Shown one piece after another: positions 17,261-27,273 of a DNA stretch of 32,000 nucleotides. The translations under genes and the position numbers were made by a program. Positions within the stretch are counted from its first letter, which is position 1. Every line of letters begins with the position of its first letter. The notes below the pieces were generated by a model. The model was given only the letters and a program-made list of their open reading frames with translations. It was not told where the DNA came from and ran no database searches. The DNA is from Pseudoalteromonas tetraodonis (GTDB taxonomy: Bacteria; Pseudomonadota; Gammaproteobacteria; Enterobacterales; Alteromonadaceae): the NCBI RefSeq assembly GCF_002310835.1, contig NZ_CP011041.1:840001-872000 (forward strand), in the 5' to 3' direction.

Positions 17261-18139
17261 TTATGCTCTTGAAACTTTCTTAATTAGCGAGAGTAGGTGG
17301 TCAACATGCTCACCTGCCTCTATCTGCTGGCTTGTTTGCACCACAAGTTGTTCATGGCTAATATCGTTATTCGTTTTAAGCTGGATTAAGTTATGGTTTT
17401 CTGCCACAGAGCTGGTGTGTTCAATACCTGCAATAGCAAAATGATCTGACTTTTCAAGTCCAGCCATTACCTGCTCAATACTACCTACTTTAATAGTTGA
17501 AACTTTATTTAACGAGTCTATTACTTCAGTAAGCATTGATTGCACTTGTTTTGACTGCGAAAAACAACTGAACATTGGATAGCTTTCGAGCTCTTTTTTA
17601 CTAATATCGCTTTTATTTGCTAAAGGGTGTTGTTTTGAACAAAATAAAATAAGTTGATCAGGTAATTGTATATCGCTACCAATGCTATTGACTATTTGCG
17701 AGCATACACTAATGTCAATTTCCCCTTGAAGCAGTTTTCTATGAAGCTCAGTTTTATTTTGCAGCTGCATTTCAATTTTAATATGCGGGTACTGACTCAA
17801 AAATTCGCCGCAGGTGATTGGTACTATGCTGCTGGTTGTTGTGGTGTAGCCAATCACTAATTTTTTTTCTTCTGTGCCATTAATTGATTGAAAAGCGCGA
17901 TGCTTTATTTGTTCTAGCTCATTGAGCGTATTTTTAGCAAAGTCGAGGAAAAGTTCGCCTGCTTGAGTTAACTTAACCGAGCGAGTAGAGCGGGTAACTA
18001 GTTCGTAGCCAAGCTCCGTTTCAAGAGTTTGAATGCTACGGGTTAATGCAGATGTGCTAATTTGGGTTTGTTCAGCAGCTTGCCTAAAATGACGAAGTAG
18101 GCCAAGTGCTACAAACTGTTCTAATTGTTCAAATCTCAC
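17261..18139 (-). CDS. LysR-family transcriptional regulator
   Basis: 292 aa. The N-terminal wHTH is 'FRQAAEQTQISTSALTRSIQTLETELGYELVTRSTRSVKLTQAGE', followed by a LysR substrate-binding domain. Confidence 0.9.
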   Translation of the reverse strand: MRFEQLEQFVALGLLRHFRQAAEQTQISTSALTRSIQTLETELGYELVTRSTRSVKLTQAGELFLDFAKNTLNELEQIKHRAFQSINGTEEKKLVIGYTTTTSSIVPITCGEFLSQYPHIKIEMQLQNKTELHRKLLQGEIDISVCSQIVNSIGSDIQLPDQLILFCSKQHPLANKSDISKKELESYPMFSCFSQSKQVQSMLTEVIDSLNKVSTIKVGSIEQVMAGLEKSDHFAIAGIEHTSSVAENHNLIQLKTNNDISHEQLVVQTSQQIEAGEHVDHLLSLIKKVSRA

Positions 18140-18382
18140 TATATAGTCCTTTTTTATAGGTAAGCTAGGGGAATTACAGATTTAATACTGACTTTATATC
18201 CCTACAGATCAGTTGAAATAAGGTTTTTAACCACTTATTAAGATTAACTTTCTTTTAATCGTATTTAAAGAGAATAGTTGCAAAATGTTGTTATACCTTT
18301 GGGTAATGTTAAATTACTGTAGTGTTTTATTATTGACCAAATTTATGCAATTTTATAACAACTTTACTAAAGTCTCGTTTGG

Positions 18383-18832
18383 TTAATTGCTGTTTTTGCT
18401 TTTAGGATTAGGCTCAATAAAGTTTTTACTAACTCGGTTACTTAAAGGCTTATTTTCAATGTTTTGTAATTCAATTTCTATGGCATCACAAGAAATATGA
18501 ATTTCAAATAATGAAGTAAGCAAAGATAAGCTCAAGCAGCTTAAACTGACACCAAATAAAATAATGCCCGTGGTATTAAATTCTATAAATAATGCAAACA
18601 TAGATAACGTACATAATAAAAAAGAGGCCACTCCGTATACTTGCATGGTCCTTATTAGTTTTATTCGCTTTCTAAGATTAGTTATTTGCGCCACTACAAC
18701 AGGACGAATAGACTCACCTTCACGGGCATTCAATTCTCGTATTAGTTGCGCAAGTACTAAAAATCGGTTTGTATAGGCAAGTAATAACAATGAGATGGCT
18801 GGAAAAAGTAAACCTGGGGTAGTTAGCGTCAT
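18383..18832 (-). CDS. DUF2721-family integral membrane protein
   Basis: 149 aa. 'LLFPAISLLLLAYTNRFLVLAQLIREL' matches the DUF2721 N-terminal signature as I recall it. Three predicted TM segments. Confidence 0.6.
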   Translation of the reverse strand: MTLTTPGLLFPAISLLLLAYTNRFLVLAQLIRELNAREGESIRPVVVAQITNLRKRIKLIRTMQVYGVASFLLCTLSMFALFIEFNTTGIILFGVSLSCLSLSLLTSLFEIHISCDAIEIELQNIENKPLSNRVSKNFIEPNPKSKNSN

Positions 18833-18895
18833 AATGTGTCCTTAAATCATATTATTTGCTTTAGGTTACGCGGGCTTATTGTACACATAAAGTAA

Positions 18896-19270
18896 ATGAG
18901 GTGGATATTGCAAAATACTAATAATAGCCAATCAAATGTAACATCATTTGATTGGGTGACGCTTTATAATGCAGAAAATAGTTTAGAGGCCAATATAATA
19001 AAAGGACTGATTCTTAATGCGGGAATTGAGTGCCAAATAAAAGGTGAAATACTGCAAGGCGCAATGGGCGAGATCCCATTTGAACAAACACAAGTAAGTG
19101 TGCAGGTTTATGCGATAAAAGAGCGCCATGCACGTGAAATATTGGTAAACTATCAGCAAGTAAAACAATCCGCTCCAGATTGGGTGTGCCCTAATTGTAA
19201 TGAGCATAATGGATCAACATTTGATTTTTGTTGGTCATGTGGGACCTTAAAGAATGACAAAAGCGAATAA
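18896..19270 (+). CDS. DUF2007-domain protein with a C-terminal zinc ribbon
   Basis: 124 aa. 'LYNAENSLEANIIKGLILNAGIECQIKGE.LQGAMGEIP' fits DUF2007 (the putative signal-transducing fold). The tail 'WVCPNCNEHNGSTFDFCWSCG' is a CxxC...CxxC ribbon. The start is uncertain because there is no clear ribbon-binding site before 18896. Confidence 0.6.
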   Translation: MRWILQNTNNSQSNVTSFDWVTLYNAENSLEANIIKGLILNAGIECQIKGEILQGAMGEIPFEQTQVSVQVYAIKERHAREILVNYQQVKQSAPDWVCPNCNEHNGSTFDFCWSCGTLKNDKSE

Positions 19271-19844
19271 TTTTCAGCGTATTAGAGAGTTAAATTATTT
19301 ACAAAAAGCGGTATTGGCCAGTGCGTTAATAGAGCGTATGTTGCCTAATTATGGGCTATTTAGTGAGGCTACCGGCTTTGGCGATGAGGTTATTTTACGC
19401 AATGCTTTAAATGTATGTTGGGAAAAAATACTCCTTCCTAAAAGTAAAATTGATTTAGAAAAGCAAGTTGAAAAAATAGAACCTAATGTTCCTGAACTTG
19501 CCGATTTTGATATGTTTGGTACCTATCCTGCAATCGATGCTGCCACCTCATTACTGAGTTTAATGCATGGCCTTTTAGCACAAGATGAGCAAGAGTTTGT
19601 TAATGTAAGTAAAATATCACAGGCCACCGTAGCTCGCTTTATTGAGTACCAAATGACGGTTGAAGGTGATGTTGCCGATAACAAAGCGGTGCGTGAACAC
19701 CCACTGATGCAATACGAAATAGAGGTATTAGGTGAACTAATTGATTTTGTAGAAGCAATGGGGCGTATCACTGCTGAAAATGTGAAAGCATTGAAAAAGC
19801 ATGTCCTTGCTGATGGCCAAACAAACATTGGTTTAGCACTGTAA
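19254..19844 (+). CDS. yjaG: DUF416-family protein (YjaG homologue)
   Basis: 196 aa, the same length as E. coli YjaG. Shared blocks include 'ERM.PNY..F...TGFGD', 'FD.(F/Y)G.YPAIDA' and the C-terminal 'SNIG'. Overlaps the previous ORF by 17 nt. Confidence 0.75.
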   Translation: MTKANNFQRIRELNYLQKAVLASALIERMLPNYGLFSEATGFGDEVILRNALNVCWEKILLPKSKIDLEKQVEKIEPNVPELADFDMFGTYPAIDAATSLLSLMHGLLAQDEQEFVNVSKISQATVARFIEYQMTVEGDVADNKAVREHPLMQYEIEVLGELIDFVEAMGRITAENVKALKKHVLADGQTNIGLAL

Positions 19845-19888
19845 TTTATTTGTTTTAAACACCTTGTTAGGTGGCAGGAGAATTAACA

Positions 19889-20902
19889 ATGCGAATTTTA
19901 GGCATTGAATCGTCATGCGATGAAACTGGTATTGCTATTTATGATGACGAAAAAGGGCTGCTAGCCCATCAATTATATAGCCAAGTAAAAGTACATGCAG
20001 ACTATGGTGGTGTAGTACCTGAACTTGCCTCGCGCGATCACGTACGTAAAACATTGCCGCTTATTGATGCGGCATTTGCGCAAGCGGGTTGTGGGCCTGA
20101 AGATTTAGATGGTATTGCTTATACGGCAGGGCCAGGTTTAGTAGGGGCTTTGTTAGTAGGTACCTCAATTGGTCGCTCTTTAGCATATGGCTGGGATATC
20201 CCAGCGGTGGCAGTGCACCATATGGAAGGGCATTTATTAGCGCCAATGCTTGAGGAAAACGTCCCCGAGTTCCCATTTATTGCCTTACTGGTTTCTGGCG
20301 GTCATACCATGATGGTAAAAGTTGCTGGTATTGGTCAATACGAAGTATTGGGTGAGTCGGTAGATGATGCTGCTGGTGAAGCATTTGATAAAACAGCCAA
20401 GTTACTTGGGCTTGATTATCCAGGTGGCCCTCGTTTGGCTAAAATGGCTGAACAAGGTGTTGCAAAGCGATTTGTTTTTCCGCGTCCAATGACAGACAAA
20501 CCTGGCTTAGATTTTAGCTTTAGTGGCCTAAAAACCGCCGCTTCAATTGCTATTCGTGAAAACGACAGTGATGAGCAAACAAAAGCAGATATTGCTCATG
20601 CATTTCAAACGGCCGTTATTGATACTTTAGTAATTAAGTGTAAGCGCGCATTAAAACAAACCGGTATTAAGCGCTTAGTAATAGCCGGTGGCGTAAGTGC
20701 TAATACGCAATTACGTTTGCAATTAGAGCGTGTGATGCAAGGTATGAAGGGCGAAGTGTTTTACCCTCGTACTGAGTTTTGTACTGACAATGGTGCAATG
20801 ATAGCGTACGCCGGTATGCAGCGTTTAAAAGCGGGGCAGTTTGCTACGCTTGATATGAAAACTAAACCGCGCTGGCCAATCGATAGCTTAGAAGCAATAT
20901 AG
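19889..20902 (+). CDS. tsaD: tRNA N6-adenosine threonylcarbamoyltransferase
   Basis: '[14 protein letters not shown]', 'HHMEGH' and 'SGGHT' are hallmarks of TsaD/Gcp. I placed the start at ATG 19889, which has AGGAG 8 nt upstream and matches the E. coli N-terminus MRVLGIETSCDETG, rather than at the ORF-track GTG 19871. Confidence 0.93.
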   Translation: MRILGIESSCDETGIAIYDDEKGLLAHQLYSQVKVHADYGGVVPELASRDHVRKTLPLIDAAFAQAGCGPEDLDGIAYTAGPGLVGALLVGTSIGRSLAYGWDIPAVAVHHMEGHLLAPMLEENVPEFPFIALLVSGGHTMMVKVAGIGQYEVLGESVDDAAGEAFDKTAKLLGLDYPGGPRLAKMAEQGVAKRFVFPRPMTDKPGLDFSFSGLKTAASIAIRENDSDEQTKADIAHAFQTAVIDTLVIKCKRALKQTGIKRLVIAGGVSANTQLRLQLERVMQGMKGEVFYPRTEFCTDNGAMIAYAGMQRLKAGQFATLDMKTKPRWPIDSLEAI

Positions 20903-20925
20903 TTAACCAGAATTCAGGTTAGTTA

Positions 20926-21531
20926 TTACTTCTTATCATCTGTAGGGGCTTGTTTAGTCCCTACTTTTGGTTCTTCCCCTTTAAATAAACGCACAATATT
21001 AGTGCGATGCCTAATAATGATCAGTAGCGTAATAAAGGTCACCGGTAAGGTGTATAACGGTTTTATCCACCATGTGTATAAAGGGGCTAGCGTAACGGCC
21101 ACTAACGCGGCAAGTGATGAGTAACGAGTAATCGCGACAATCAGCAACCAAGTACCAATCAATAACCCTCCTAAAGAAAGCCCTATCGGTAGTAACGAGC
21201 CAAATGCAGTTGCAACCGCCTTACCGCCCTTAAAACTAAAGAATAACGGGTATATATGCCCTAGGCATGCAGCAACGGCGATTAAACCAAGCTCTAATGG
21301 CTCGAGTTTTAAAAAATAAGCGCCCCAAACAGGGATTGTGCCCTTTAAAATATCGAAGACTAAAACTAAGCATGCAGGAAGTGACCCGCCTAAGCGGTAA
21401 ACATTGGTTGCACCTGGATTATTGGAGCCATGCGTGCGTGGATCGGGGAGTTTGAATAGCCGCGACACTAAAATGGCCGATGAAATCGAGCCGAGCAAAT
21501 AGGCTAAAACAAACATTAAAATGACTAACAC
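20926..21531 (-). CDS. plsY: Glycerol-3-phosphate acyltransferase (acyl-phosphate dependent)
   Basis: 201 aa membrane protein with '[14 protein letters not shown]', '[10 protein letters not shown]' and 'FKGGKAVAT'. GTG start with an AGGAAG site upstream. It is divergent from folB, as in E. coli (ygiH-folB). Confidence 0.9.
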   Translation of the reverse strand: MLVILMFVLAYLLGSISSAILVSRLFKLPDPRTHGSNNPGATNVYRLGGSLPACLVLVFDILKGTIPVWGAYFLKLEPLELGLIAVAACLGHIYPLFFSFKGGKAVATAFGSLLPIGLSLGGLLIGTWLLIVAITRYSSLAALVAVTLAPLYTWWIKPLYTLPVTFITLLIIIRHRTNIVRLFKGEEPKVGTKQAPTDDKK

Positions 21532-21738
21532 GCGCTTCCTTATTTTTTAATCATTACTTTTAAGCTATTATTGGCGTCAAAATTTACGGGCTTCTTAAAT
21601 TACTCGCAATTTTGTAACGATTCTATTGTAGAAGTAATTTTAGTATATTTAAACACTGATTAAAGTATATACAGTATTAATTTGATTGATACAATATGTA
21701 ATTAACTCAGTGACTTGTTACAGTCATTTGGAGTATCA

Positions 21739-22098
21739 ATGGACAAGGTATTTATATCACAATTGCATGTCGAAACGATTATCGGGGTGTATGATTTTGA
21801 AAAGAAAAGTAAACAAAGCCTGTACTTTGATATTGAAATGTTAAGCGACATCAAGCCCGCAGCGCAAAACGACGATATTAACTTGGCACTGGATTACGCT
21901 AAGGTAAGTGAGCGTGTTATCGAACACAGTACGGCTAAACCGGTAGAGCTTTTAGAAACACTGGTGGAGCAATTAGCGCAAATCATTTTAACCGAATTTA
22001 ATACCCCACAAGTGACAATAAAAGTAAGTAAGCCCGCTGCAGTTGCACAAGCGCAAACCGTCGGTGTAGAAATAACGCGTAACAAGGCTCTTGCTTAA
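21739..22098 (+). CDS. folB: Dihydroneopterin aldolase
   Basis: 'MDKVFISQLHVETIIGVYDFEK' aligns with E. coli FolB 'MDIVFIEQLSVITTIGVYDWEQ', and 'KVSKPAAV' is also present. The start is moved to ATG 21739 (GGAG 5 nt upstream) from the ORF-track TTG 21715. Confidence 0.9.
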   Translation: MDKVFISQLHVETIIGVYDFEKKSKQSLYFDIEMLSDIKPAAQNDDINLALDYAKVSERVIEHSTAKPVELLETLVEQLAQIILTEFNTPQVTIKVSKPAAVAQAQTVGVEITRNKALA

Positions 22099-22587
22099 AT
22101 GGCGCAAATATTTATTAGTTTAGGGTCAAATATTAATAAAGCAGAGCATATCAGGCGTGCTTTAGTGGCGTTAAATAAACACTTTAAAAATACACAACAT
22201 TCTTCGGTGTTTGAAAGTGAAGCGGTGGGTTTTGCCGGTAATAACTTTTACAACTCCGTACTCGCTGCCACTACCGAAATGGCGCTTGAAGATGTGTGTG
22301 CGTTATTAAAACAAATAGAGCGCGATAATGGTCGCAAAGCAAATGATAAAAAATTTAGCCCGCGCACCTTGGATCTCGATTTACTCTTTTACGATGATGT
22401 CATTTGCGAGAGCCCAGCTCAACTACCACGTGACGAAATTACCAAAAATGCCTTTGTATTGCAGCCTTTAGCAGAGGTGGCTCCTGATTTTTATCACCCT
22501 GTAGCAAAAAAAACGATTGCCCAAATATGGAATGCATATAACAACCCTCAACAAAAACTATGGAAGGTGGAGTTTTCTAACCCATGA
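22099..22587 (+). CDS. folK: 2-amino-4-hydroxy-6-hydroxymethyldihydropteridine diphosphokinase
   Basis: 162 aa with 'IFISLGSNI', 'PRTLDLDLL' and 'FVLQPLAE'. The ATG directly abuts the folB stop. Confidence 0.9.
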   Translation: MAQIFISLGSNINKAEHIRRALVALNKHFKNTQHSSVFESEAVGFAGNNFYNSVLAATTEMALEDVCALLKQIERDNGRKANDKKFSPRTLDLDLLFYDDVICESPAQLPRDEITKNAFVLQPLAEVAPDFYHPVAKKTIAQIWNAYNNPQQKLWKVEFSNP

Positions 22588-23384
22588 GTATTATAGAAAT
22601 AATTGTTTTAGCCCTAATTCAGGGATTTACTGAATTTTTACCTATATCGAGTTCTGCACACTTAATTTTACCGTCGCAAATTTTAGGCTGGGAAGATCAA
22701 GGCTTGGCATTTGATGTTGCCGTTCATGTAGGAACGTTAATAGCTGTTGTTATTTATTTTCGTAAAGAAGTGGCCGATATACTCGGTGCTTGGTTTAAAT
22801 CGTTTGGTGCACAAGGTACAACAGATGACAGCAAACTAGGCTGGTGGATAATTTTAGGTACTGTGCCTGCCGCTATTTTAGGGCTATTGCTAAAAGATTT
22901 TGTTGAACTGTATTTGCGCAGTGCATGGGTGATTGCAACCACAACCATCGTATTTGGTTTGTTGTTGTGGTACGCCGATGCTAAAGGTAAGCAAATAAAA
23001 ACAATTTATCAGCTTAACTGGAAAACCGCACTCATCATTGGCTTTGCGCAAGCCGTTGCGATGATCCCAGGGACTTCTCGCTCAGGTATTACCATGACCG
23101 CGGGTTTAATGCTGGGTATGAATAAGCAAAGTGCAGCCCGTTTTTCGTTTTTGCTGGCTATTCCGATTATTTCAATGATGGGCCTTTATTACACAGCAGA
23201 GCTAGCGCTTGGCGATCATATTGTTGATTGGACTGCTTTATTGTTGGGTGTAGTGCTGTCGTTTTTATCAGCTTATGCCTGTATTTTTATGTTTTTAAAA
23301 GTGATTGAACGAATGGGTATGCTGCCATTTGTTATTTATCGTTTGTTATTAGGCATAGGCTTAATATTCTTTTTAATGCTATAA
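22584..23384 (+). CDS. uppP: Undecaprenyl-diphosphate phosphatase
   Basis: 266 aa with '[15 protein letters not shown]' and '[11 protein letters not shown]', the BacA/UppP signatures. ATGA overlap with folK. Confidence 0.93.
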   Translation: MSIIEIIVLALIQGFTEFLPISSSAHLILPSQILGWEDQGLAFDVAVHVGTLIAVVIYFRKEVADILGAWFKSFGAQGTTDDSKLGWWIILGTVPAAILGLLLKDFVELYLRSAWVIATTTIVFGLLLWYADAKGKQIKTIYQLNWKTALIIGFAQAVAMIPGTSRSGITMTAGLMLGMNKQSAARFSFLLAIPIISMMGLYYTAELALGDHIVDWTALLLGVVLSFLSAYACIFMFLKVIERMGMLPFVIYRLLLGIGLIFFLML

Positions 23385-23397
23385 GCCATTAATCTTT

Positions 23398-23428
23398 AAA
23401 AAGCCTCCCACCTTGGGAGGCTTTTTTA
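23398..23428 (+). terminator. Rho-independent terminator after uppP
   Basis: AAGCCTCCCA (23401-23410) pairs with TGGGAGGCTT (23414-23423), followed by a T-run at 23422-23427. It starts 14 nt after the uppP stop. Confidence 0.85.
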
Positions 23429-23598
23429 TTTGCGCCAAACATCGCATCGGCGCTGTCTTGTCGAAATACCAAACATCTGCTGCAAATTTACCTAGAAAGC
23501 TCAACAGACCCTGATGGTAACTTGATCTAAATTTTGGCATTATAGCGCCATTAAAGTTCGCCTTAGAGCACATTCCGCGCAGGATGAAAGGATAGTAA

Positions 23599-24954
23599 AT
23601 GCATATACATATTTTGGGTATTTGTGGCACATTTATGGGTGGTATTGCCGCTATAGCTAAATCATTAGGTCATCACGTTACCGGGTCTGATCAAAACGTT
23701 TACCCACCAATGAGTACCCAATTAGAAGAGTTAGGAATCGAGCTAACCCAAGGCTATGATGTATCTCAACTAGAACCGGCACCCGACATAGTCGTCATAG
23801 GTAATGCTATGAGCCGAGGGAATCCGTGTGTTGAATATGTATTAGATAAAGGCTTGCCTTATACCTCAGGCCCAGAGTGGCTTAAGCATAATTTACTACA
23901 AAAATCATGGGTGCTGGCGGTGGCAGGAACCCATGGTAAAACAACGACTGCCAGTATGCTGGCATGGATATTAGAATATGCAGGTTTAAAACCAGGCTTT
24001 TTAATTGGCGGGATCGTGCAAAATTTTGGTCTTTCGGCTCGGGTTGGGCAAACGCCATTTTTTGTCATAGAAGCCGATGAATACGACACCGCCTTTTTCG
24101 ATAAACGTAGTAAGTTTATTCATTATTTACCGCGAACACTCATTTTAAACAATCTTGAATTTGATCATGCTGATATTTTTGAAGATTTAAATGCGATTAA
24201 AAAACAATTTCACCATTTGATACGTACACTACCGCAAAGCGGGAAAGTATTGTGGCCAAAAGATGATGAGGCTCTGAGCGATGTTATAGCAAAAGGGCTG
24301 TGGAGCGAGAGCGAAACATTAGGCGATGATTGGGATTATCAGCTACTTAAAGCGGATGGTTCTCAATTTAATGTGTTATTAAACACGCAGCTGCAAGGTG
24401 TAGTTAACTGGCAGGCAATTGGTGAGCATAACGTTAAAAATGCCATGATGGCCATTGCAGCAGCGCGCCATGTAGGAATTGCTATTGAGCACAGTATTGC
24501 GGCTTTAGGCGAATTTATCAGCCCAAAAAGGCGTATGGAGCTTAAAGCGGATATAAATAACATTAAAGTGTATGATGATTTTGCCCATCATCCTACCGCG
24601 ATACAAACAACGCTTGCGGGGCTGCGCGCAAAAGTGGGCAATGACAAAATTATTGCGATTTTAGAGCCGCGTTCTAACACCATGAAAATGGGAGTTCATC
24701 AATTTACATTGCTAGACTCATTACGCGATGCGGATGAGGTGCTACTGTTTGAACCAGAAAACTTAAGCTGGTCGCTTAAGGAGCAAGCAGAAAAAGCCGG
24801 TATGCAGTGTTTTGATTCTACAATCGCCATTATCGAAACTGTGCTTGAAAGTATTGAGCCAAATCAACATGTTTTAATTATGAGTAATGGTGGTTTTAAT
24901 GGCCTTCATCAACAATTTGTTGATGGCTTGGCCAATAAATACAGCGGAGAATAA
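23599..24954 (+). CDS. mpl: UDP-N-acetylmuramate:L-alanyl-gamma-D-glutamyl-meso-diaminopimelate ligase (murein peptide ligase)
   Basis: 451 aa. The N-terminus '[43 protein letters not shown]' is nearly collinear with E. coli Mpl. Mur-ligase P-loop 'GTHGKTTT'. AAGGA ribosome-binding site. Confidence 0.95.
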   Translation: MHIHILGICGTFMGGIAAIAKSLGHHVTGSDQNVYPPMSTQLEELGIELTQGYDVSQLEPAPDIVVIGNAMSRGNPCVEYVLDKGLPYTSGPEWLKHNLLQKSWVLAVAGTHGKTTTASMLAWILEYAGLKPGFLIGGIVQNFGLSARVGQTPFFVIEADEYDTAFFDKRSKFIHYLPRTLILNNLEFDHADIFEDLNAIKKQFHHLIRTLPQSGKVLWPKDDEALSDVIAKGLWSESETLGDDWDYQLLKADGSQFNVLLNTQLQGVVNWQAIGEHNVKNAMMAIAAARHVGIAIEHSIAALGEFISPKRRMELKADINNIKVYDDFAHHPTAIQTTLAGLRAKVGNDKIIAILEPRSNTMKMGVHQFTLLDSLRDADEVLLFEPENLSWSLKEQAEKAGMQCFDSTIAIIETVLESIEPNQHVLIMSNGGFNGLHQQFVDGLANKYSGE

Positions 24955-24955
24955 T

Positions 24956-25579
24956 GTGCAATTTAAAGATAAAATCACCTTAGCATATAGTGGTGCATCA
25001 GGCGCTCCATATGGATTGAGGTTGCTAGAAGTGTTACTTGAGCAACAATTTCAAGTGTATGTGCTTATTTCAAGTGCCGCGCGCGTAGTTTTTGATACCG
25101 AGTCCAATATAAAGTTATCAGGGAATGAAGACAAAGCCACAGAGCAATTAAGCCTGTTATATAACGCAAAACCTGGGCAGTTAAAGGTATTTGGTAAAGA
25201 TAATTGGTTTAGTCCGGTAGCTTCGGGCTCTGCAGCCCCCAAAAAAATGGTAGTATGTCCATGTAGCGCAGGCTCTGTGTCTGCCATTGCAGTCGGCGCA
25301 TCAGATAATTTATTAGAGCGCGCCGCCGATGTGGTGATAAAGGAGCGAGGCCAGCTTATTTTAGTGCCACGCGAAACGCCATTTAGCGAAATTCATTTAG
25401 AAAACATGCTTAAATTATCGCGTTTAGGTGTAACAATTATGCCTGCAGCACCTGGGTTTTATCATCAACCGCAAAGCATAGAAGACTTGGTTGACTTTAT
25501 GGTGGCGCGAATTTTAGATCATTTAAATATTGAACATAACCTCACAAAGCGTTGGGGTTATGGTGAGGGTAAGAAATGA
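24956..25579 (+). CDS. ubiX: Flavin prenyltransferase (UbiX)
   Basis: '[19 protein letters not shown]', 'MVVCPCS' and '[16 protein letters not shown]'. I placed the start at GTG 24956 (GGAG 6 nt upstream, 1 nt after the mpl stop). The ORF-track ATG 24887 would overlap mpl by 68 nt and add a non-conserved extension. Confidence 0.88.
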   Translation: MQFKDKITLAYSGASGAPYGLRLLEVLLEQQFQVYVLISSAARVVFDTESNIKLSGNEDKATEQLSLLYNAKPGQLKVFGKDNWFSPVASGSAAPKKMVVCPCSAGSVSAIAVGASDNLLERAADVVIKERGQLILVPRETPFSEIHLENMLKLSRLGVTIMPAAPGFYHQPQSIEDLVDFMVARILDHLNIEHNLTKRWGYGEGKK

Positions 25580-26505
25580 ATAAGCAAAATATTGCTTTAA
25601 ATATTGAAGGCCTTACCAAGGTTTACAAAAATGGGGTAGAGGCAGTAAAAGGGGTTGATTTACAAGTTCACGAAGGTGACTTTTTTGCATTACTTGGCCC
25701 GAATGGGGCGGGTAAATCAACCACTATTGGGGTAATTTCTTCACTGGTTAATAAGACCAAAGGCAAAGTTGAAGTATTTGGTCACGATATTGATACCGAC
25801 CTTGAGGCGGCTAAAGCGAATTTAGGCCTAGTACCACAAGAGTTTAACTTTAGTCAGTTTGAAACGCTGAGCCAAATACTCGTTAATCAAGCAGGTTACT
25901 ACGGTGTACCGCGCGGCGAAGCACATAAACGTGCAGATAAATACTTGGCGCAGCTTGGATTAATCGAGAAAAAGGATAAGCAAGCGCGTACCTTATCTGG
26001 TGGTATGAAACGCCGTTTAATGATTGCACGTGCCTTAATGCATGAGCCCAAATTACTTATTTTAGATGAGCCAACAGCGGGGGTTGATATAGAGCTTCGC
26101 CGTTCAATGTGGGACTTTTTAAGGCAAATTAACGAACAAGGTGTGACCATTATTTTAACAACCCACTACCTTGAAGAAGCTGAACTGCTTTGTAAAAACA
26201 TCGCCATTATTGATACTGGGCGAATTGTTGAAAACACTACGATTAAAGCCCTGCTTGCTAAATTAGACAAAGAAACCTTTGTATTGGATCTAAAACAACC
26301 GTCTAAACCCGTAACGCTAGATGGATACAAATTTACTATGGGGGATGATCACACCATTGAAGTTGAAGTGGCTAAATCTCAAGGATTAAACGCGGTGTTT
26401 ACAGCATTGACTGAACAAGGTAATACCGTGCTGAGCATGCGAAACAAAGCGAATCGATTAGAAGAATTATTTGTAGGTTTATTAGAGCAAGGGCGGGGCG
26501 AATAA
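25576..26505 (+). CDS. yadG: ABC-2 type transporter ATP-binding protein
   Basis: 309 aa, near-collinear with E. coli YadG as I recall it, including '[26 protein letters not shown]', '[40 protein letters not shown]' and '[15 protein letters not shown]'. ATGA overlap with ubiX. Confidence 0.92.
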   Translation: MNKQNIALNIEGLTKVYKNGVEAVKGVDLQVHEGDFFALLGPNGAGKSTTIGVISSLVNKTKGKVEVFGHDIDTDLEAAKANLGLVPQEFNFSQFETLSQILVNQAGYYGVPRGEAHKRADKYLAQLGLIEKKDKQARTLSGGMKRRLMIARALMHEPKLLILDEPTAGVDIELRRSMWDFLRQINEQGVTIILTTHYLEEAELLCKNIAIIDTGRIVENTTIKALLAKLDKETFVLDLKQPSKPVTLDGYKFTMGDDHTIEVEVAKSQGLNAVFTALTEQGNTVLSMRNKANRLEELFVGLLEQGRGE

Positions 26506-27273
26506 ATGTTTAAATATGGCGTAGCCTTAAAAAGTATTTGGATTAAAGAGTGCATTCGCTTTTTGCGTATTTGGGTGCAAACCTTAGTACCGCCAGCGAT
26601 CACGATGAGTTTATATTTTGTTATTTTTGGTAACCTAATTGGCTCACGTATTGGTGACATGGGCGGTTTTAGCTACATGGAGTTTATTGTCCCTGGCCTT
26701 ATTATGATGTCAGTTATTACTAACTCTTATTCAAATGTTGCCTCTAGCTTTTACTCAACTAAGTTTCAAAAAAGTATTGAAGAGTTATTAGTTGCACCTG
26801 TGCCTAATTACATCATTGTACTGGGTTATATGGGCGGAGGTATGACCCGTGGCATTATGGTTGGTTTTATCGTAACGTGCGTTTCTTTATTTTTTGTTGA
26901 TATACAAATACATAATATTTTTGTGATTATAGCCACTGTTATTCTCACCTCGGCGGTGTTTGCCTTGGGCGGGTTAATTAACGCTATTTATGCAAACAGC
27001 TTTGATGACATAAGTATTATCCCTACCTTTATTTTAACGCCGTTGACCTATTTAGGCGGGGTGTTTTATTCAATCACTTTACTGCCTGATTTTTGGCAAA
27101 TGGTGTCGAAAATAAACCCAATTATTTATATGGTTAACGCATTTAGATATGGGTTTTTAGGTGTTTCGGATGTAGATTTATCGGTCGCAATGGGTGTGTT
27201 GTTGGTGTTTATCAGCGTCCTATTTACTTTAGCACTGACGCTAATTAAAAAAGGTGTGGGGCTAAGACACTAA
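26506..27273 (+). CDS. yadH: ABC-2 type transporter permease
   Basis: 255 aa, collinear with E. coli YadH, including 'VALKSIW.KE..RF.RIWVQTLVPP.ITM.LYF.IFGNLIGSRIGDM.GFSYM.FIVPGLIMMSVITN'. The ATG directly abuts the yadG stop. Confidence 0.92.
   Translation: MFKYGVALKSIWIKECIRFLRIWVQTLVPPAITMSLYFVIFGNLIGSRIGDMGGFSYMEFIVPGLIMMSVITNSYSNVASSFYSTKFQKSIEELLVAPVPNYIIVLGYMGGGMTRGIMVGFIVTCVSLFFVDIQIHNIFVIIATVILTSAVFALGGLINAIYANSFDDISIIPTFILTPLTYLGGVFYSITLLPDFWQMVSKINPIIYMVNAFRYGFLGVSDVDLSVAMGVLLVFISVLFTLALTLIKKGVGLRH

Noticed and set aside
19871-19888. ORF-track N-terminal extensions: tsaD from GTG 19871, folB from TTG 21715, ubiX from ATG 24887
   Set aside because: Internal starts at 19889, 21739 and 24956 have good Shine-Dalgarno spacing and reproduce the conserved N-termini of E. 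coli TsaD, FolB and UbiX. The extensions are non-conserved, and for ubiX the extension would overlap mpl by 68 nt.
20903-20925. Imperfect palindrome around the GAATTC site between tsaD and plsY, as a possible bidirectional terminator
   Set aside because: The stem is short, AT-rich and interrupted by a mismatch (AACCAGAATTCAGGTT). It has no flanking U-tracts, so it is too weak to call.
23379-23630. 83-aa minus-strand ORF spanning the uppP-mpl intergenic region
   Set aside because: It reads straight through the uppP terminator palindrome and overlaps both the mpl start and the uppP end. It has no Shine-Dalgarno sequence and no recognisable domain, so it is most likely non-coding.
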